Shown: positions 47,290 through 61,474 of the stretch, in pieces
How the letters are laid out: each line of letters opens with the position of its first letter
Numbering within the stretch: position 1 is the first letter of the stretch
The notes under the pieces: generated by a model
What the model saw: only the letters and a program-made list of their open reading frames with translations
Database searches by the model: none
What the model was told of the DNA's origin: nothing
Assembly (NCBI GenBank): GCA_030704615.1
Contig: CM060731.1
Span: 14,198,001-14,262,000, forward strand
From: Takakia lepidozioides
Lineage: Eukaryota > Plantae > Bryophyta
Length of the DNA stretch: 64,000 nt
Reading direction: 5' to 3'
Translations under genes and position numbers: made by a program

Positions 47290-49674
47290 AGAGAAGAGAA
47301 AGAGGGAGAGAGAAAGAAGAAAAGTGTAATAGTAAGACTCAGGCTTGAACTGCAGATTGTCTGAGGAAACAAGTACAAATGAGACTGAGAATGACTGTTA
47401 GGAAATCGCTACATAGTGCAGGGTCAGCTCGAAGGAAACTTACTATCCAAGAGTATGTGGGGATGCATACCTGTTAATGCCATGACTTATGTTGTAATTA
47501 CCCGGGAAAAAATGGGTGGTTCATCTGCAACATATGAAGTAAAGAGTCAGTGACAGTGCTTTTGAGCTGAGAATTCTCGTGTCATTTTCGACTGAGGCCA
47601 GATTAACACTTGTTCCGAAATCAAAGTTCATTGCAGCCTGGCAATATTCCAACGTTGGTGTGCTTCAAATTCTTAGCAGGAAACCTAGTGGTGACATTGA
47701 TATACATCAACTGACACACAATAGTATTATCTGTGTGAGGGTTGTTTATTTGAAATGAATGATTTGCAGAGACAGGGCAAGGACGCCAAGCTTAGGAAGT
47801 GAGAGACTGACTTCTGGGCAAAACCACCTCAAAACCCTGTAGTTACTCTATGATTGAAGTATTGTCTTCAACCTCCCCATATGGATTCAAAGTGCAAGAA
47901 ACATTCTCCCAGCGTGTGAACTTCGTGAATCCCTTAGAACTCCCAAGCAAATCCTCAACCCCATTCCGGACTGCACTTTCCGGGAACCACCAAAGCGCCC
48001 ATAGACTACTAATTGAAAAGCCATTTGAATTAGTAACAAGCGAGTTCTATGGTATTCCGCGTTCCCATTGCAATCCATAAGTCGAAACACTGCCCCCTAC
48101 ATCCTGCTTCGATGATGGGAATGAGGCGACACTTTTGCCAGTAGGTGGGCAGCTACCTAGTCAACGAGCACGAGTAATCGATCATCTCATTTTCTCAGCC
48201 CACGCCCTCCCTACTTTGGCTTTCAGACTTCGCCAAGGCCACTTGCCAGCATGCCGCAGCTCAGTGGCCACTAACTAAGCACCCAATAGCTCACTTTCAC
48301 ACGATGTATTGAGGAGTTCCGGATCCCTTCTCGAAATTGCCAAATCCAAATGGAGTCACTCTTTCGCCCTGACTCACTTCGAAACACAATTAAGGCGGAG
48401 AATTTCAGCTACAGCTTTCTCCGTAGGTTGCAGATCGCGTTGGTTACCAGTTGTCCGGCTTGCCTCAGCTGAGCCTAGACACCTTCAGCTTACATAATGG
48501 CTTCGCCGAGTTCAGAGCAAAACAGCCCACCAGAAACACTCAGACATCCTGCACAGTTCACATTGCAAAGACAATGAAAGCCTCGAGTGGATCAAGGGAC
48601 GCAGCTGAGGGCCTACATACCTCCTCAGATAGGTGGGCTTATATTAGCGCATTTCAGCACAGCCCAGTTAAAAGCAGTGAGACAGGTGACGTAACCGCAT
48701 GAGAAATAACACGGAAAGAACCAGAGCTTCAAGTGCTGACATCCTCCCTTGTCAGAGTCTCCCGCCTTCGTACTTCAAACCTACGTGACATCAAAATCAC
48801 TTACCAAGGCCCGCAACAAAACAGCATTGTTAATTTGTTAGGGAGAAGAGTATCTCAGTCCTAAATGGGTACAGCTGTCGTCACTATCACGGTCAGCTCA
48901 GTGTAATGACCCTTCCATATTCAGAAGTTTTCTTCTCTTGTTTCTCATAAACTATACACACTTGGTGCATTTCTATTCTGTACTTCAGTGCTGTTGGTGA
49001 GTGCCAAAGTAAGCACTACATACTTCACGGCAATCGGATAGCATGAGCTGGAGTGCTGTTGTAGGAAAATTCTAGGCCTCAACGAATCTCTCGTGTAGCC
49101 CCGGTAGTGCTGTCGTAGTATGGTCTGCCATCTGTCTGGATAAACCCTGTGTACCAAGTAGGCCGTCATTTGAGGACTGATTTGACAATGTCGTGCCATC
49201 AACGGACACCCGCAGTATTTACTTCGACCGTAACTGGGTCTTCCGTGTACGGAACTGAGAACGTTCGTTGTATGTGGTTCTTGCAGCCTGCCTGTAGTTA
49301 CTGGCAATGGCTAACAACAAACAAAGAAGGGGTTGTGATGATGGTAGAGATTGATACACCTCGTTCTTGCATAATGTTGAAAAAGGATTATGTAGCTAAC
49401 CATGTTTTCATCGTGTACAGATCTCCTGATATACATAGTGGGACCTGGTTCTTTGGAACTGCAGGACATTCGCAGGTAATCTGAGAGACAACCCACTGAT
49501 CAGGTAATCAACCCATACTATGATGTCCATACTGTCCAGCCGTGTCTCTTCCGAATTAACGCGCATGATCTCTGCCACTCCCTGTAACAGCTTCTCTGGT
49601 TTGTCTACAACCAAAAAATGCATGGAATTACTGCCATGGGTGCCAAGCCTCCAAATGCTGAGATGAACAAATGT

Positions 49675-49958
49675 TGGGCATATATCCAGGTGGAGAACCG
49701 CACAGACCAGCTACACCTGGGACAATTAGTATTCGCAAGAGACTACACCTTTCATGGTTAGTGACCAACAATCACTAGGGTCCAGGTCTGCACCACTTTC
49801 TTTCTGTTCTCAAATGAAATGACTGTCGCAAGTACCAAGAACAGAAATGAAGAGCCACCTGCCAGTACAGCTTCAATTGTTGGGAGCTGCAAAGCCCTGA
49901 AGCTGGCATGTCCAAAATGCACTACTGCAGGATTGTCTGCAAATGCATGCATTGTGCA
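49675..49958 (-). pseudogene. Duplicated RECQL3 exon 2/intron 2 fragment (piece 3)
   Basis: HFGHASFRALQLPTIEAVLAG plus the downstream intron match RECQL3 16720-16995. Confidence 0.92.
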
Positions 49959-52900
49959 TGTCGCGGCCCTTTTGCCTTGAGGGCAGGGGGTCGGGACACG
50001 TGAGGGGCTGCCCCTGTGGTGGGGGGAGCGGCAACGATAGGTATGGGGGCTGAAGCACCCTTGAGTGCCCAAAGCACTCAAGGAGGCGGAGGCGCTCACT
50101 AGGTGGAGCCCCGCACACCGGGTTGCGGTGGGGGTGGCTCCACAAGGGGTGGTGGGTAGCTTAGCGAGACTTAGTGGGGGTGGCATAGGACTCGCCATGG
50201 GGGCGGAGACCTCGTGGTGGGAGTCGTGGGGCGTCTTGGGACTCATCACGGTCCATAGGGGCCGTGGTGAGTGGGCCAAGACTCACCGCGACTCATCACC
50301 GGGAGTCGAGGGTTTTCGTGGTGGTTCGCCATAAAATGGCATGGCTGGTTTGAAACCCCCGCGGACAGCTACAGAAGTATATATAAGGGGAGTAGTGACC
50401 CGAGAACGGTGCAAGCCCGTTGGTGACCAAAAACTAGTGAGTAAGCGAGCGAGCCGGAAAGCGACCAAAGAGTGGGGAGCTGTTCCAGACTGCCATCTAC
50501 CAAAGGGAATTCCACTAGGCCCAAATAGGTGGAGGGTTTAGTGGGAAAGTGAAGGGGGACCGTTATGTCCCGGTGAGCAGCCGAAGCTCCAAGTTGGCCC
50601 GGCGGCCAGGTGGGAGTCAGGCGCGCGCATCAAAGCGAGTAACAATGACTTGAAGGGGAGCTTACCGAAGTGAGGTGCGCGACACTTGGTATCAGAGCTT
50701 AGAGTTCAGTACGCGATCGTCTTGGGATTAGCCTCATCATGGGGTCGGGCAAGCCAAGCGAAAGCGGAACGGCCCAAAGATGATGATCCTGGTGAGCCCG
50801 ATGGGGGCGACGTGTCACCGAAGCGACGTAGGTTTCTGAAAACGAGGCCACTCAAGAGCGGGAGGAATTCGAGGAGTCGGAGCCCGAGGAATCCCTGAGA
50901 GCTCCGACAGACCAACAGATGCCTCCCATGCCGGCAGCTTTTTGGGAAGGGTTGTTGGCGCAGTTTGGCGGGACATTGAAAGACGTGTTGAAGGCGGCTA
51001 ATGCCACTTCCGCTAAGGCAAAGTTTAAGGTGAAACCTAAGGAACCCGGCACCTTCGAGGGCGTCCGAAATCGGAAGGCACTCAACACCTGGCTCTTAGA
51101 GCTAGAGCAGTACTTCCGGACGGCCAAGTTGAGTGACGAGGATCGGGTGGAAGTGGCTCCCACCTATTTGAGGGGCTATGCTCAACAATGGTGGCAGAAA
51201 CGCCTTCACGACCGAGGTCCAAGTCCGGAAACCTTGAACTGGAGTGGGTTCAAGGAATTGATGAAGCGACAGTTTGTGCCCCTCAACGCGTCCTGGCTTG
51301 CCCGGGACAAGATGAGGAATTTGAAGCAAACAGATGACATTCGGGGATATGTCCAGGCTTTCAATGTGTTGTTGCTCGAAGTCGCGGATATGGCGGAACC
51401 AGAAATGGTCTTCAACTTTGTGGCGGGATTGGCCCCATGGCCCAGGCGGAAGTTGGAGGAGAAGCCACCTAAGACTTTGAACGAGGCAATTGAGAGGGCT
51501 AAATGTTTCTCAGATGTCCCTAGGGGTGAAAGACAAGGCCGTACGGAGCTGAACCACAAGAAGACCCGGCGGGAAGGTGACTCCTTCTGACCGGAAAAGA
51601 AGTAGGATAGGCCACGCGGCGACAATGACACGTGGAAATCGAAGGGAGGGCTTTCACACGTCAAGGCGGCACCCGGTGCTTCGAAAGGAAAAGCGGGTTG
51701 GAGCGGCTTATGGCGGACAGAAGGCGACCTTTGATGGAGTGTGTTTCAATTGCGGAGAGCCCGGGCACATGGCCAAGAAGTGCACGAAACCCCGACAATT
51801 GAACATGACTCGGCAACCACGGAGCTGTCGGAAGATACCATCAGTCGTTTGGTGAAGCGGTGGTCGCCAGGACTTGCAAGGTAGGCAAATATTCTTGTGA
51901 GTTGTATCAGGAAACTGGCGCTTTGCGTAAAGGGAGTCACTTATTGTTCGTGGATGGAATAATATCCGGAACTAACGTGTCATTGTTGGTGGACACAGGA
52001 GCGTCGCACTCCTTCATGACACCGGCAACGGCACAAAGCTGGGACTCCCGACAACTGACGTAGGGGCCTCTATTGAGGTGCGTTAGCCAAAGGAGAACCG
52101 CAATTGCGACGAGGTTGGCGTTCGATGTTCCTCTTCAACTGGGGAGTTGGGAGGGACGTGAGAACTTCCCGTCTGCGAGATCGATGGAGTGGATCTCATT
52201 TTGGGGATACCTTTTTGAGCAAATCCGGAGCGGTCATAGATGGCCGCAAGAGGGTAGTCACGCTGCCATGTTGGAATGGTGGCGAGGTCTACGAGTTTCG
52301 GAAACGCCCAAACCCGTGGGAGGGCGAATAAACCTTCTATCAGCAAGGGAGTGGGTCGTGGAGGAGGCACACGAGCCCCAATTTTTGCTCTACATTAGAG
52401 AAGTGAAGGGAGAAGGCGATGGAGAGCCGAGCCCAGATTGGATCAAGGGGATTTGGAGAAATACCATGATGTGATGCCGGAGGATTTGCCAAGCGGCTTG
52501 CCACCGCGAAAGGAGTTGACCACAAGATTGAGGTGATACCGGATCGAAACCGCCTGCCAAGGCGCCCTACCGGTTGAGCCACAGAGAGTTGGTCGAGCTG
52601 AAGACCCAGCTCAAGATCTAATGTCAAAAGGGTACATCCGGCCGAGTAAGTCACCTTACGGAGCCCCGGTGCTATTTGCAGATAAAAAGGATGGGACGCT
52701 GCGGATGTGTGTCGATTACAGGGCTCTAAATAAGGTGACTATCAAAAACCGGTACCCTTTGCCAAGGATCGACGACCTTTTCGATCGGTTGGCAGGAGCA
52801 AAGTATTTCAGCCGGATCGACTTGCGCTCCGGCTATCATCAAATTCGGGTGGCGGAAGGAGATGAGGAGAAGACCGCGTGCAGGACAAGGTATGGTTCAT

Positions 52901-55900
52901 ATGAGTTCTTGGTGATGCCTTTTGGGCTCACCAATGCACCAGCGACATTTAGCACGCTGATGAACAGCCTTTTCCAGGAGTGGTTGGATGACTTTGTGAT
53001 CGTGTCATCGACGACATCTTGGTATATTTCGAAAACAAGGAAGAGCACCTGGAGCACCTCAAAAGGGTGTTCCAGAAATTGCGAGAAGGGAAGCTGTATG
53101 CCAAAGCTTCAAAGTGCGAATTCGGGGTCACAAAAGTGGAGTTCCTGAGGCATGTGATTACACAGGATGGGATCAGAATGGATGACAGAAAGGTGAGGGC
53201 AATTTTGGACTGGGAGCCTCCGACTTTGGTTCCGGGAGTGCGATCTTTCCTAGGACTCGCCTCCTATTACCGGAAGTATGTGAGAAATTTCGCCAAGATT
53301 GCGGGGGCTGTCAGACCTTCTGTGTAAATCTAAAGTCTGGGCATGGAACACCTTTTGTGGCCAAGCTTTTGCTGAATTGAAGCAGCGGATGGCGGAAGCT
53401 CCAGTCTTGAAAATCCCGGAGTTCGATCGTCCGTTCGAGATACATACAGATGCGTCGGACTTCGCGATTGGGGGTGTACTGATGCAAGATGGACGTCCAG
53501 TGGCTTACGAAAACTAAGAAACTGAATGAAGTGGAGCGACGGTGGCCGACGCACGAGAAAGAGATGAAGGCGGTGGTGCACTGTCTTGAGCTTTGGCGCC
53601 ACTATGTTGGTTCCAACCCAGTGAAGGTGTTCATGGACAATGTCACGGTGAAGTATTTTGCCACGCAGCCCAAGTTGTCCCAAAACAACTTAGGTGGCAA
53701 GATACTTTGGCGGTGTTCGACGTGGATATCCAGTACAAACCGGACGAGACAACTGGTGGCCGATGCTTGAAGTAGAAAGTAGCAGCTTTTGTTGGTATAC
53801 AAGGGCGAGATGGCGCTCCAAAGGAAGATCCGAAAGGCTTGCCGGAAGGATGAGCTGGCGAAGTCCGTGATGCATGACTTGAGGATGGGGGTTAAATCGC
53901 AGTTCCACTTGCAAAATGGACTGCTCCGGTATAAGCAAAAACGTATCTACGTGCCGAAGGGAGGGATCAGAGATAGTCTCTTGAGAGAATGTCATGATAG
54001 CCCGCTTGCGGGCCACGGCGGAGCCAAGCGCACTGCGGCACTCTTGAAGAAAGAGTATTTCTGGCCCAAACTGAGGGAGGAGGCAGAGGAGTATGTCAAG
54101 ACATGCACCACATGCCAACAAAATCGGAGCGAGTACAAAAGCAAGCGGGGCTGTTACAACCCTTGCCGATTCCAGAGGGGACTTGGGAAAGCGTCTCGAT
54201 GGATTTCATGACTGCTATGCCGCTGTCAAAAGGATTCGATGCAATCATGGTGGTGGTGGATATGTTCAGTAAAATGGGTCATTTCATCCCCACCAAGGAG
54301 ACGGCAACGGCGCAGGAAACAGGGCGACTTTACTTCGCCCACGTCTTAAAGCATCATGGAGTCCCGAAGGACATTGTCTCGGACCGCGATCCAAAGTTTA
54401 CGAGTAAATTTTGGAGGGCACTTTGAAGAAGATGGGGACGAGGCTGAAGATGAGCACGCCTTCCGACCTACGACCGACGGCCAAACAGAAAGAGTGAATT
54501 CCGTAGTGAAGCAGATCTTGCGGAATTACGTGTCGGCAGACCAAACAGACTGGGTGGAACACTTAGACGCGGCAGAGTTCTGTTATAATAACACAGAACA
54601 CTCCGCAACGGGAGTTTCCCCTTTCGTATTGGTCTATGGAAAAGCACCTCTGGTGCCGACAAGTTGGGCCCCAGGACGTTGAGGAACCGGCAGTAGCGGC
54701 GGTACTGGAAGAACGCGAGCGTTTGTTGAAGCTCGCAAAGTACAACATTGCCAAAGCTAGGAAACGGTATGAAAGGCAGGCGAATCGGAAGCGGAGGGAA
54801 GTGAAGTTTGAGGCAGGCACGGAGGTCTGGTTGAACATCAAGAATTTCCGACTACCTCCGGAAGTGAGTCCGAAGTTCGTACCTCCGTATGCGGGACCCT
54901 TTCGCATTCGGAAGGTTATGAATGAGGATGTGTATGAATTGGAGCTGCCGGCAAACAGCAAGGTGCACCCAGTATTCCATGTCTCCTTTTTGAAACCTTA
55001 CTTCAAAGATAAAGCGCGTCCGAATCGGCATCAAGTGTTGCATCCGCCACCTATGCTGTTGGATCATGAAAATGAACCTGAGTACGAGGTGGAGGCAATA
55101 CTTAAGTCGAGGAGGTTCAAGAACCGAGAAACGGAGTATCTCGTAAGGGCTATCATCATGTGGAGGCATCTTGGGTGTGTGCCTCAGAAATGGGAAACGC
55201 ATCCGAGGCGGTTGCAGCTTTCGAAGGGCGACCTCAAAAGCGGAAGAAGCGTTGATGGGGACATCAACCTTGGAGCGTGGGGGAGGAAATGCATGCTTAG
55301 CCCGGCTTAGCTAGCTTAGGAATCCGATTGCAAAAACTTGTATTGTACAAAACGTGCTATAAATGAAATGGCTTCCAAATGTTGTGCGTCCTATTTTGTT
55401 TGGAATGGTGATGCATGGTATGGTTGGCTAGTGTGTAGAATGCATGCTAGCTTATAAAAGTGGGAGAAGTAAATTGGGTTAATCGTGTGTTTGCGTAGTG
55501 CCGAAATCGGGTGACCCCCATCCAAGGGGCAAAGAAACTTACGCCTTCTTTGGGAGTTCACGTGCTAGTGCGCACCTGGCGCGTACGCGTACTATAACTG
55601 CGCTACCGAGGGGGTTGCCTTGTAGTGCGGGCTAACGCGGAAGCTACGTGCTTCCGTTCACGTACTATAATCGTGTAGCCTCGGACGAAGTCGTAGTGCG
55701 GCTTCGGCATGTTCCCGTACCTCAGGCCAGCATTCCAAGGCGGACCCAATTGTAGTGATTGGGGCGCACGGTTGGTTCAAGTTTATCTTCCTAGTCAAAG
55801 AGGGTTCCAGGGAACCCTTGCTCAAGGTGATGCCAGAAGCGGCATCATGAGCGGTCGCAAGCAATGTTGTTGCAGTAAAGCGATTCGATCCTCGGGGAGG

Positions 55901-56610
55901 ATCGTTCCTGGCCTTGAAGTAGGCCAAGAAGAGTGCACTTGGAGGAGCTGGAGAGGCTCCACCCTTGGCCGGGACTTGGAGGAAGTCGGCCGAACTAGCT
56001 AGTGGAGAGTAGAGTCAAGGGTGGGGTTTGGTTCTTTGTCATGGGACGCCATGGTACAGAAACAAACTCCTTGATGTGGGACGCCACAACTTGGATGTTC
56101 GTTTCTACAAAATGGACAAGTCGATGAGGACATCGACTCCCTGAGTCGTGGAGAGTCTTGGGACTCATCACGGTCCATAGGGGCCGTGGTGAGTGGGCCA
56201 AGACTCACCGCGACTCATCACCGGGAGTCGAGGTTTTCGTGGGGTGGTCGCCATAAAATGGCATGGCTGGTTGTGAAACCCCCGCGGACAGCTACAGAAG
56301 TATATATAAGGGGAGTAGTGACCCCGAGAACGGTGCAAGCCCGTTGGTGACCAAAAACTAGTGAGTAAGCGAGCGAGCCGGAAAGCGACCAAAGAGTGGG
56401 GAGCTGTTCCGGACTGCCATCTACCAAAGGGAATTCCACTAGGCCCAAATAGGTGGAGGGTTTAGTGGGAAAGTGAAGGGGGACCGTTATGTCCCGGTGA
56501 GCAGCCGAAGCTCCAAGTTGGCCCGGCGGCTAGGTTGGGAGTCAGCGCCGCGCGCATCAAGCGAGTAACAATGACTTGAAGGGGAGTTTACCGAAGTGAG
56601 GTGCGCGATA
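49959..56610 (+). mobile_element. Ty3/gypsy chromovirus, full length but frameshifted
   Basis: TSD GTGCA (49954-49958 / 56611-56615). 5' LTR 49959-50684; PBS TGGTATCAGAGC 50687-50698. Gag, CCHC knuckle, LVDTGASHSF protease, RT, RNase H TDASD, integrase, GPF motif, chromodomain YEVEAILKSR. PPT 55279-55289. The 3' LTR matches the 5' LTR only over ~56143-56610. Confidence 0.96.
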
Positions 56611-56737
56611 GTGCATCTCCTGCAACAAGTGTTCCAAATCCGAGAAGAAATCCATGAATTTATGTGATTCTTAGAAGAGTCATAGAAACAACTACTTTAA
56701 TTGCCGACCTAAAATGCACTTCGGCCATACGATCCTC
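56611..56737 (-). pseudogene. Duplicated RECQL3 intron 1/exon 2 start (piece 2)
   Basis: rc GTTGTTTCTATGACTCTTCTAAGA..ACATAAATTCATGGA..AACACTTGT.GCAG matches RECQL3 16609-16724. Confidence 0.9.
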
Positions 56738-56742
56738 GCTAT

Positions 56743-59700
56743 TGTTGGAAGTAATTAAACATATCTAGAAGACTAAGAGTCTTGAAGGCCAAAGGTTTAG
56801 AAGTCTAAGAGACTATCTTGTTTAACTCACCTTTGGAAGGTGAATGGCTAGAAGGTGGATGGTCACCATAGTGGAAGTGGAAGTGACCAAGTAGGACTTT
56901 CTAGAGACCTTCTTGTACAAGCTCGGGGGTGAAGCCACTAGTCTAAGGTAAGAGTATGATGGTGGCTTCTATGGTTGGGAGGAGAGCTTTAGTTTTAGCT
57001 TTAGTCTAAGACTTTAGTTCTTGTTCATGTTCTTGCTCAATTCTAACATGGTATCAGAGCCATTCTTCTCTAGGTGAGAGTTGGTAGTTGAGATTGAGAG
57101 AACTTGATTATGGCTGGAGCGTCGTCTTCTAGCAATCCTCCTTCTATGTCTATGACGAGTGCATTAGATGTGAGAGTGGAAGATCGATTCAATGGAGCTA
57201 ACTATCAAACCTGGAAGTTTAGGATGGAGATGGTCCTTCTAGACAAAGATCTATGGGGAGTGGTTGATGGATCAGTCCCAAGACCTGACACTATTGTTGG
57301 CCAAGCCATATGGGATAGGAAAGATCAGAAAGCAAGAGCTAGCATCATCACAAGCTTGAGAGACAATCAGTTGCATCTCATTATAAGTGCTAAGAATGCT
57401 AAGGATGTTTGGGACAAGCTAGCAAGCATATATGAGACGAAGATGTCACATCGCAAGTGTATGCGACGCAAAAGTTCTATGGTCTGAAGATGACCGAGTC
57501 AGACTCAGTTGAACAACACTTGAATTTGTTTTGTGTGTTGCGAGATCAACTAGTCTCTGTGGGAACTAATGTGACTGATGAACACGCCGCAGTGGTGTTA
57601 TTGGCAACCTTACCTGAATCCTATGATGGTTTTGTGGTGTCTCTAGCAGGACAAACCAACTTAACTATTGATGTTGTCATAGGACTTCTCCTCAAGGAGG
57701 AAACAAGAAGAAAAGGTCAAGGTACGTCTACAGAGGTAGACAGAGCTTTGTTCACAGGCAAGACTGGAGTAGTCTTGAATAGAAGACTCCCTTCACATAT
57801 GTCTCAGAAGTCCCAGAGGTTTCAGAAACCTCAATCTAGCTCAAAGATCAAAAAGGCCAAAGTGAGGTGCTTTTATTGCAAGAAACTTGGTCACATGATC
57901 AAGGATTGTAGAAACGCCATTGCAGATGAGCGAACAGGAGAGGTAAGGGAACATAGCTACTCATCAGAGGAATGTTATTCTATTTGTTGTGTATCTCTCA
58001 GCCACTACTAGACAGAAGCAATGTGTGGTAGTGTTGATTCAGGAGCATCTCAACATATGAGTTCAGAGAGAGAGAGAGCATTTCTTATCCTATAGATCTC
58101 TTTCACATACACAATATGTTCTTTGGGAGATTGATAGCAAGCTGTCATTGGGGGAAGCTCAGTCTCTCTTATGCGTCAATGAAAGGGAAACAATAGAGGT
58201 GGGAAGGGGATGGAAAATGTCCTACATGTCCCTACTTTAACAAAGAACCTAATGCTGTAAGGACAAATTGTTGCAAAGGGATACAGAGTGGATTTCCAAG
58301 ATGAGAGTTGTTGTACTATCACAAATAGATCAAGAGCTGGGGTAGCAAGAGTATTCTTGATAATTGCTTGTATAGATTAAACATCATGTTCTAGTGCTCT
58401 TACCACATTTTCACCACAGGGGGATCTACACATGTCATGTCAGAACAGAGTTGTGGAATAGAAGGTTAGGTCATGTGAGCATTAAGAAGTTGAGACAGAT
58501 GCAACTCTCAAGCCATCTTGTGGAAGGACTACCATTGAAGGAGATGAGCGATATGCGTCTATGCAAAGGTTGCTTAAAGGGAAGCAATATCGAGGTCAAT
58601 TTCCTAAGGATGGTGGACGAAGAGCCACAAAGTATATTGGAGATTGTTACATTATGATGTGTGCGGGCCAATGCAAACCACATCACTTGGAGGAGAAAAG
58701 GTACTTTGTGACATTCATTGATGATTTGTCAAAGAGGGTTGTGGTGAATTTCCTAAGGCAGAAAAGTCAAGTGCTAGAGAAATTCAAGGAGTTCAAAGTA
58801 CATGCAGAAAACAAACTAGAAAGCTCTTAAGATTTTGAGATCTGACAATGGTGGTGAGTACATCTCAAAGGCTTTCAATCAATTTTGTCAGAGATGGAAT
58901 AGCTCGACAGCTACTGTTCCATATACACCTGGCATAATGGTGTGTGGTAGCTGAATGGATGAATAGATCACACAAGAATCTGCAAGGAGTATGTTGAAAG
59001 AAGTGAATATTTCAAATCATTTTTGGGCAGAAGCTGTTGGCACTGAAACATATCTTCACAACATAATACCTACCAAATCAGTGTTGGGAAAAACACCAGA
59101 AGAGGTATGGAGTGGTCAGAAGCCTAGTATGGCTCACTGTAGGATTTTTGGATGTTGTGCATATGTCCATATCCCTACTCAGAAGCGAAGGAAACTTGAC
59201 TCCAAATCAGAAGGATGCATCTTCATTGGCTACACAGAAGGTGTGAAGGGATATAAGTTGTTCAATAAGACAACTAAGGCTGTCAAACACAGTAGGGACG
59301 TAGTGTTTGATGAAGGCTTCATACCCTCTTTGGTAGTGGGAGAAGATGACATAGGAATGAGCTTAGAGCCATTACACCATTTCCAAGAGGAGTCTTATGA
59401 GGAGCCAATACAAGAGATGGCTGAAGCAAATGATAGAGGTGTTCAACTTGATGGAGTTGATCAAGGAGTCGAAGTTGGTGAACCATTTGTTGATATGGAC
59501 TCTAGAGATGAAGTTGAAGATGTGCCATTTCTAAGGAGATCTCAGCGGGAAAGGAAAGCTCCTAGTAGGCTGATTACATCTATGAGTGTCATTGAAGCTA
59601 TGGAAGAAGCATCACAAGTGGTTGAGCCTGCTACATATGAGGAAGTGATGTGCTCTCCAGACAAACTATAATGGGAAGAAGCAATCAACTCAGAGTTGGA

Positions 59701-61469
59701 TTCATTGATGCAAAACAAAGCATGGACACTCACTAGGTTGCCTGCAGGACGAAGAGCCATTGGTTGCAAGTGGATCTTCAAGTTGAAGTACAAAGCTGAT
59801 GGATCTATTTACCGGTACAAAGCTCATCTTGTAGCTAAAGGCTATGTACAAATTCAAGGAGTGGATTACAATGAAACCTTCTCACCAGTGGTGAAGATTT
59901 CTTCTATCAGAGTGTTGTTAGCTTTTCCAACTCAATATAATCACGAAGTTCATCAAATGGATGTTAAGACCGCATTTCTGAATGGAGAACTACAAGAAGA
60001 GATCTACATGAGACAACCTGAAGGGTTTTTACAAGGAGGAAGTGATATTGTGTGTAAGCTGCAAAAGAGTTTGTATGGACTCAAACAAAGTCCTCGAGCT
60101 TGGTATGCTAGAATCGATGCTTACCTCTTAAAGGCAAGATTTGAGCGAAGCATTGCTGACACAAACATCTATGTGAAAAAGATGGGAGAGCAATTTGTGG
60201 TCATAGCTCTATTTGTGGATGACACAATCATTGTCACCAACGATCATCAAATGTTGTTACCAGAAACCAAAGCACTGTTGAGTGTTGAGTTTGCCATGAC
60301 TGACATGGGTGATATTCGGTTCTGTCTTGGTATTCAAATCAGCAGAGATCGAGTGAACCATTCAGTATTCATGCATCAACGACAATACATTGAGACAATT
60401 CTACAAAGGTTTAAGTTGGAGATGAGTAAGCCAACATCAACTCCTCTCGAAGTTGGTTTGAAACTTACGAAGGATATGGCACCTAAGACTCAAGAAGAGC
60501 AAGAGGATATGAGGAAAACTCCTTATCAAAGCGCAGTCGACAGTTTGATGTATTGCATGATTTGTACTAGGTCAGACATTGCACAATTTCTTTCAAATCC
60601 CGGACAAACCCATTGGAAAGCAGTGAAGAGGATATTTGTGGAAGATCCAAGTTTGTTGGGGTTTGCTGATGCTGACTAGGCAGGAGACGTTGATAGTAGA
60701 AAATCAACTTCAGACCATTGTTTTCTCCTAGTAGGTGGAGCTGTATCTTGGTCTAGCAAACGACAAGTTGCAACAGCGTTGTCATCAACAGAAGCTGAGT
60801 ACATGTCTATTACACAAGCAGCAAAGGAGGCTATTTGGTTACGGAAGTTGCTTGGAGATTTGGATCATCTTCAATCACTACCTACGACTCTCTATTGTGA
60901 CAATCAAAGTGCAATTGCACTAAGTCAGAATCCGAAGTATCATTCAAGGACGAAGCACATTGAAGTGCAACATCACTATATACGGGAAGTTGTATGCAAG
61001 GGAGAGATCAAGATGATTTATTGTGCTACAGGAGATATGGTTGCGGATGTTTTGAAGAAGAGTCTACCACAAACAAAATACATGAAGTGTTCAGCCTTAC
61101 TTGGTGTCTCTTCTCCAAAGACAAATGAAGTAGCTCAATGATATGGTTTAATTGAGTGGGAGTGTTGGAAGTAATTAAACATATCTAGAAGACTAAGAGT
61201 CTTGAAGGCCAAAGGTTTAGAAGTCTAAGAGACTATCTTGTTTAACTCACTTTTGGAAGGTGAATGACTAGAAGGTGGATGGTCACCATAGTGGAAGTGG
61301 AAGTGACCAAGTAGGACTTTCTAGAGACCTTCTTGTACAAGCTCGGGGGTGAAGCCACTAGTCTAAGTGTAAGAGTATGATGGTGGCTTTTATGGTTGGG
61401 AGGAGAGCTTTAGTTTTAGCTTTAGTCTAAGACTTTAGTTCTTGTTCATGTTATTGCTTAATTCTAACA
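56743..61469 (+). mobile_element. Full-length Ty1/copia element
   Basis: LTRs 56743-57048 and 61163-61469 (TG..CA; about 5 substitutions and 1 indel by eye). TSD GCTAT; PBS 57049-57060; PPT 61154-61162. gag-PR-IN-RT-RH with frameshifts. Confidence 0.97.
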
Positions 61470-61474
61470 GCTAT

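Noticed and set aside
58020-58980. Programmed frameshifting in the copia PR/IN region
   Set aside because: Indels are numerous and scattered, which fits decay or local consensus error better.
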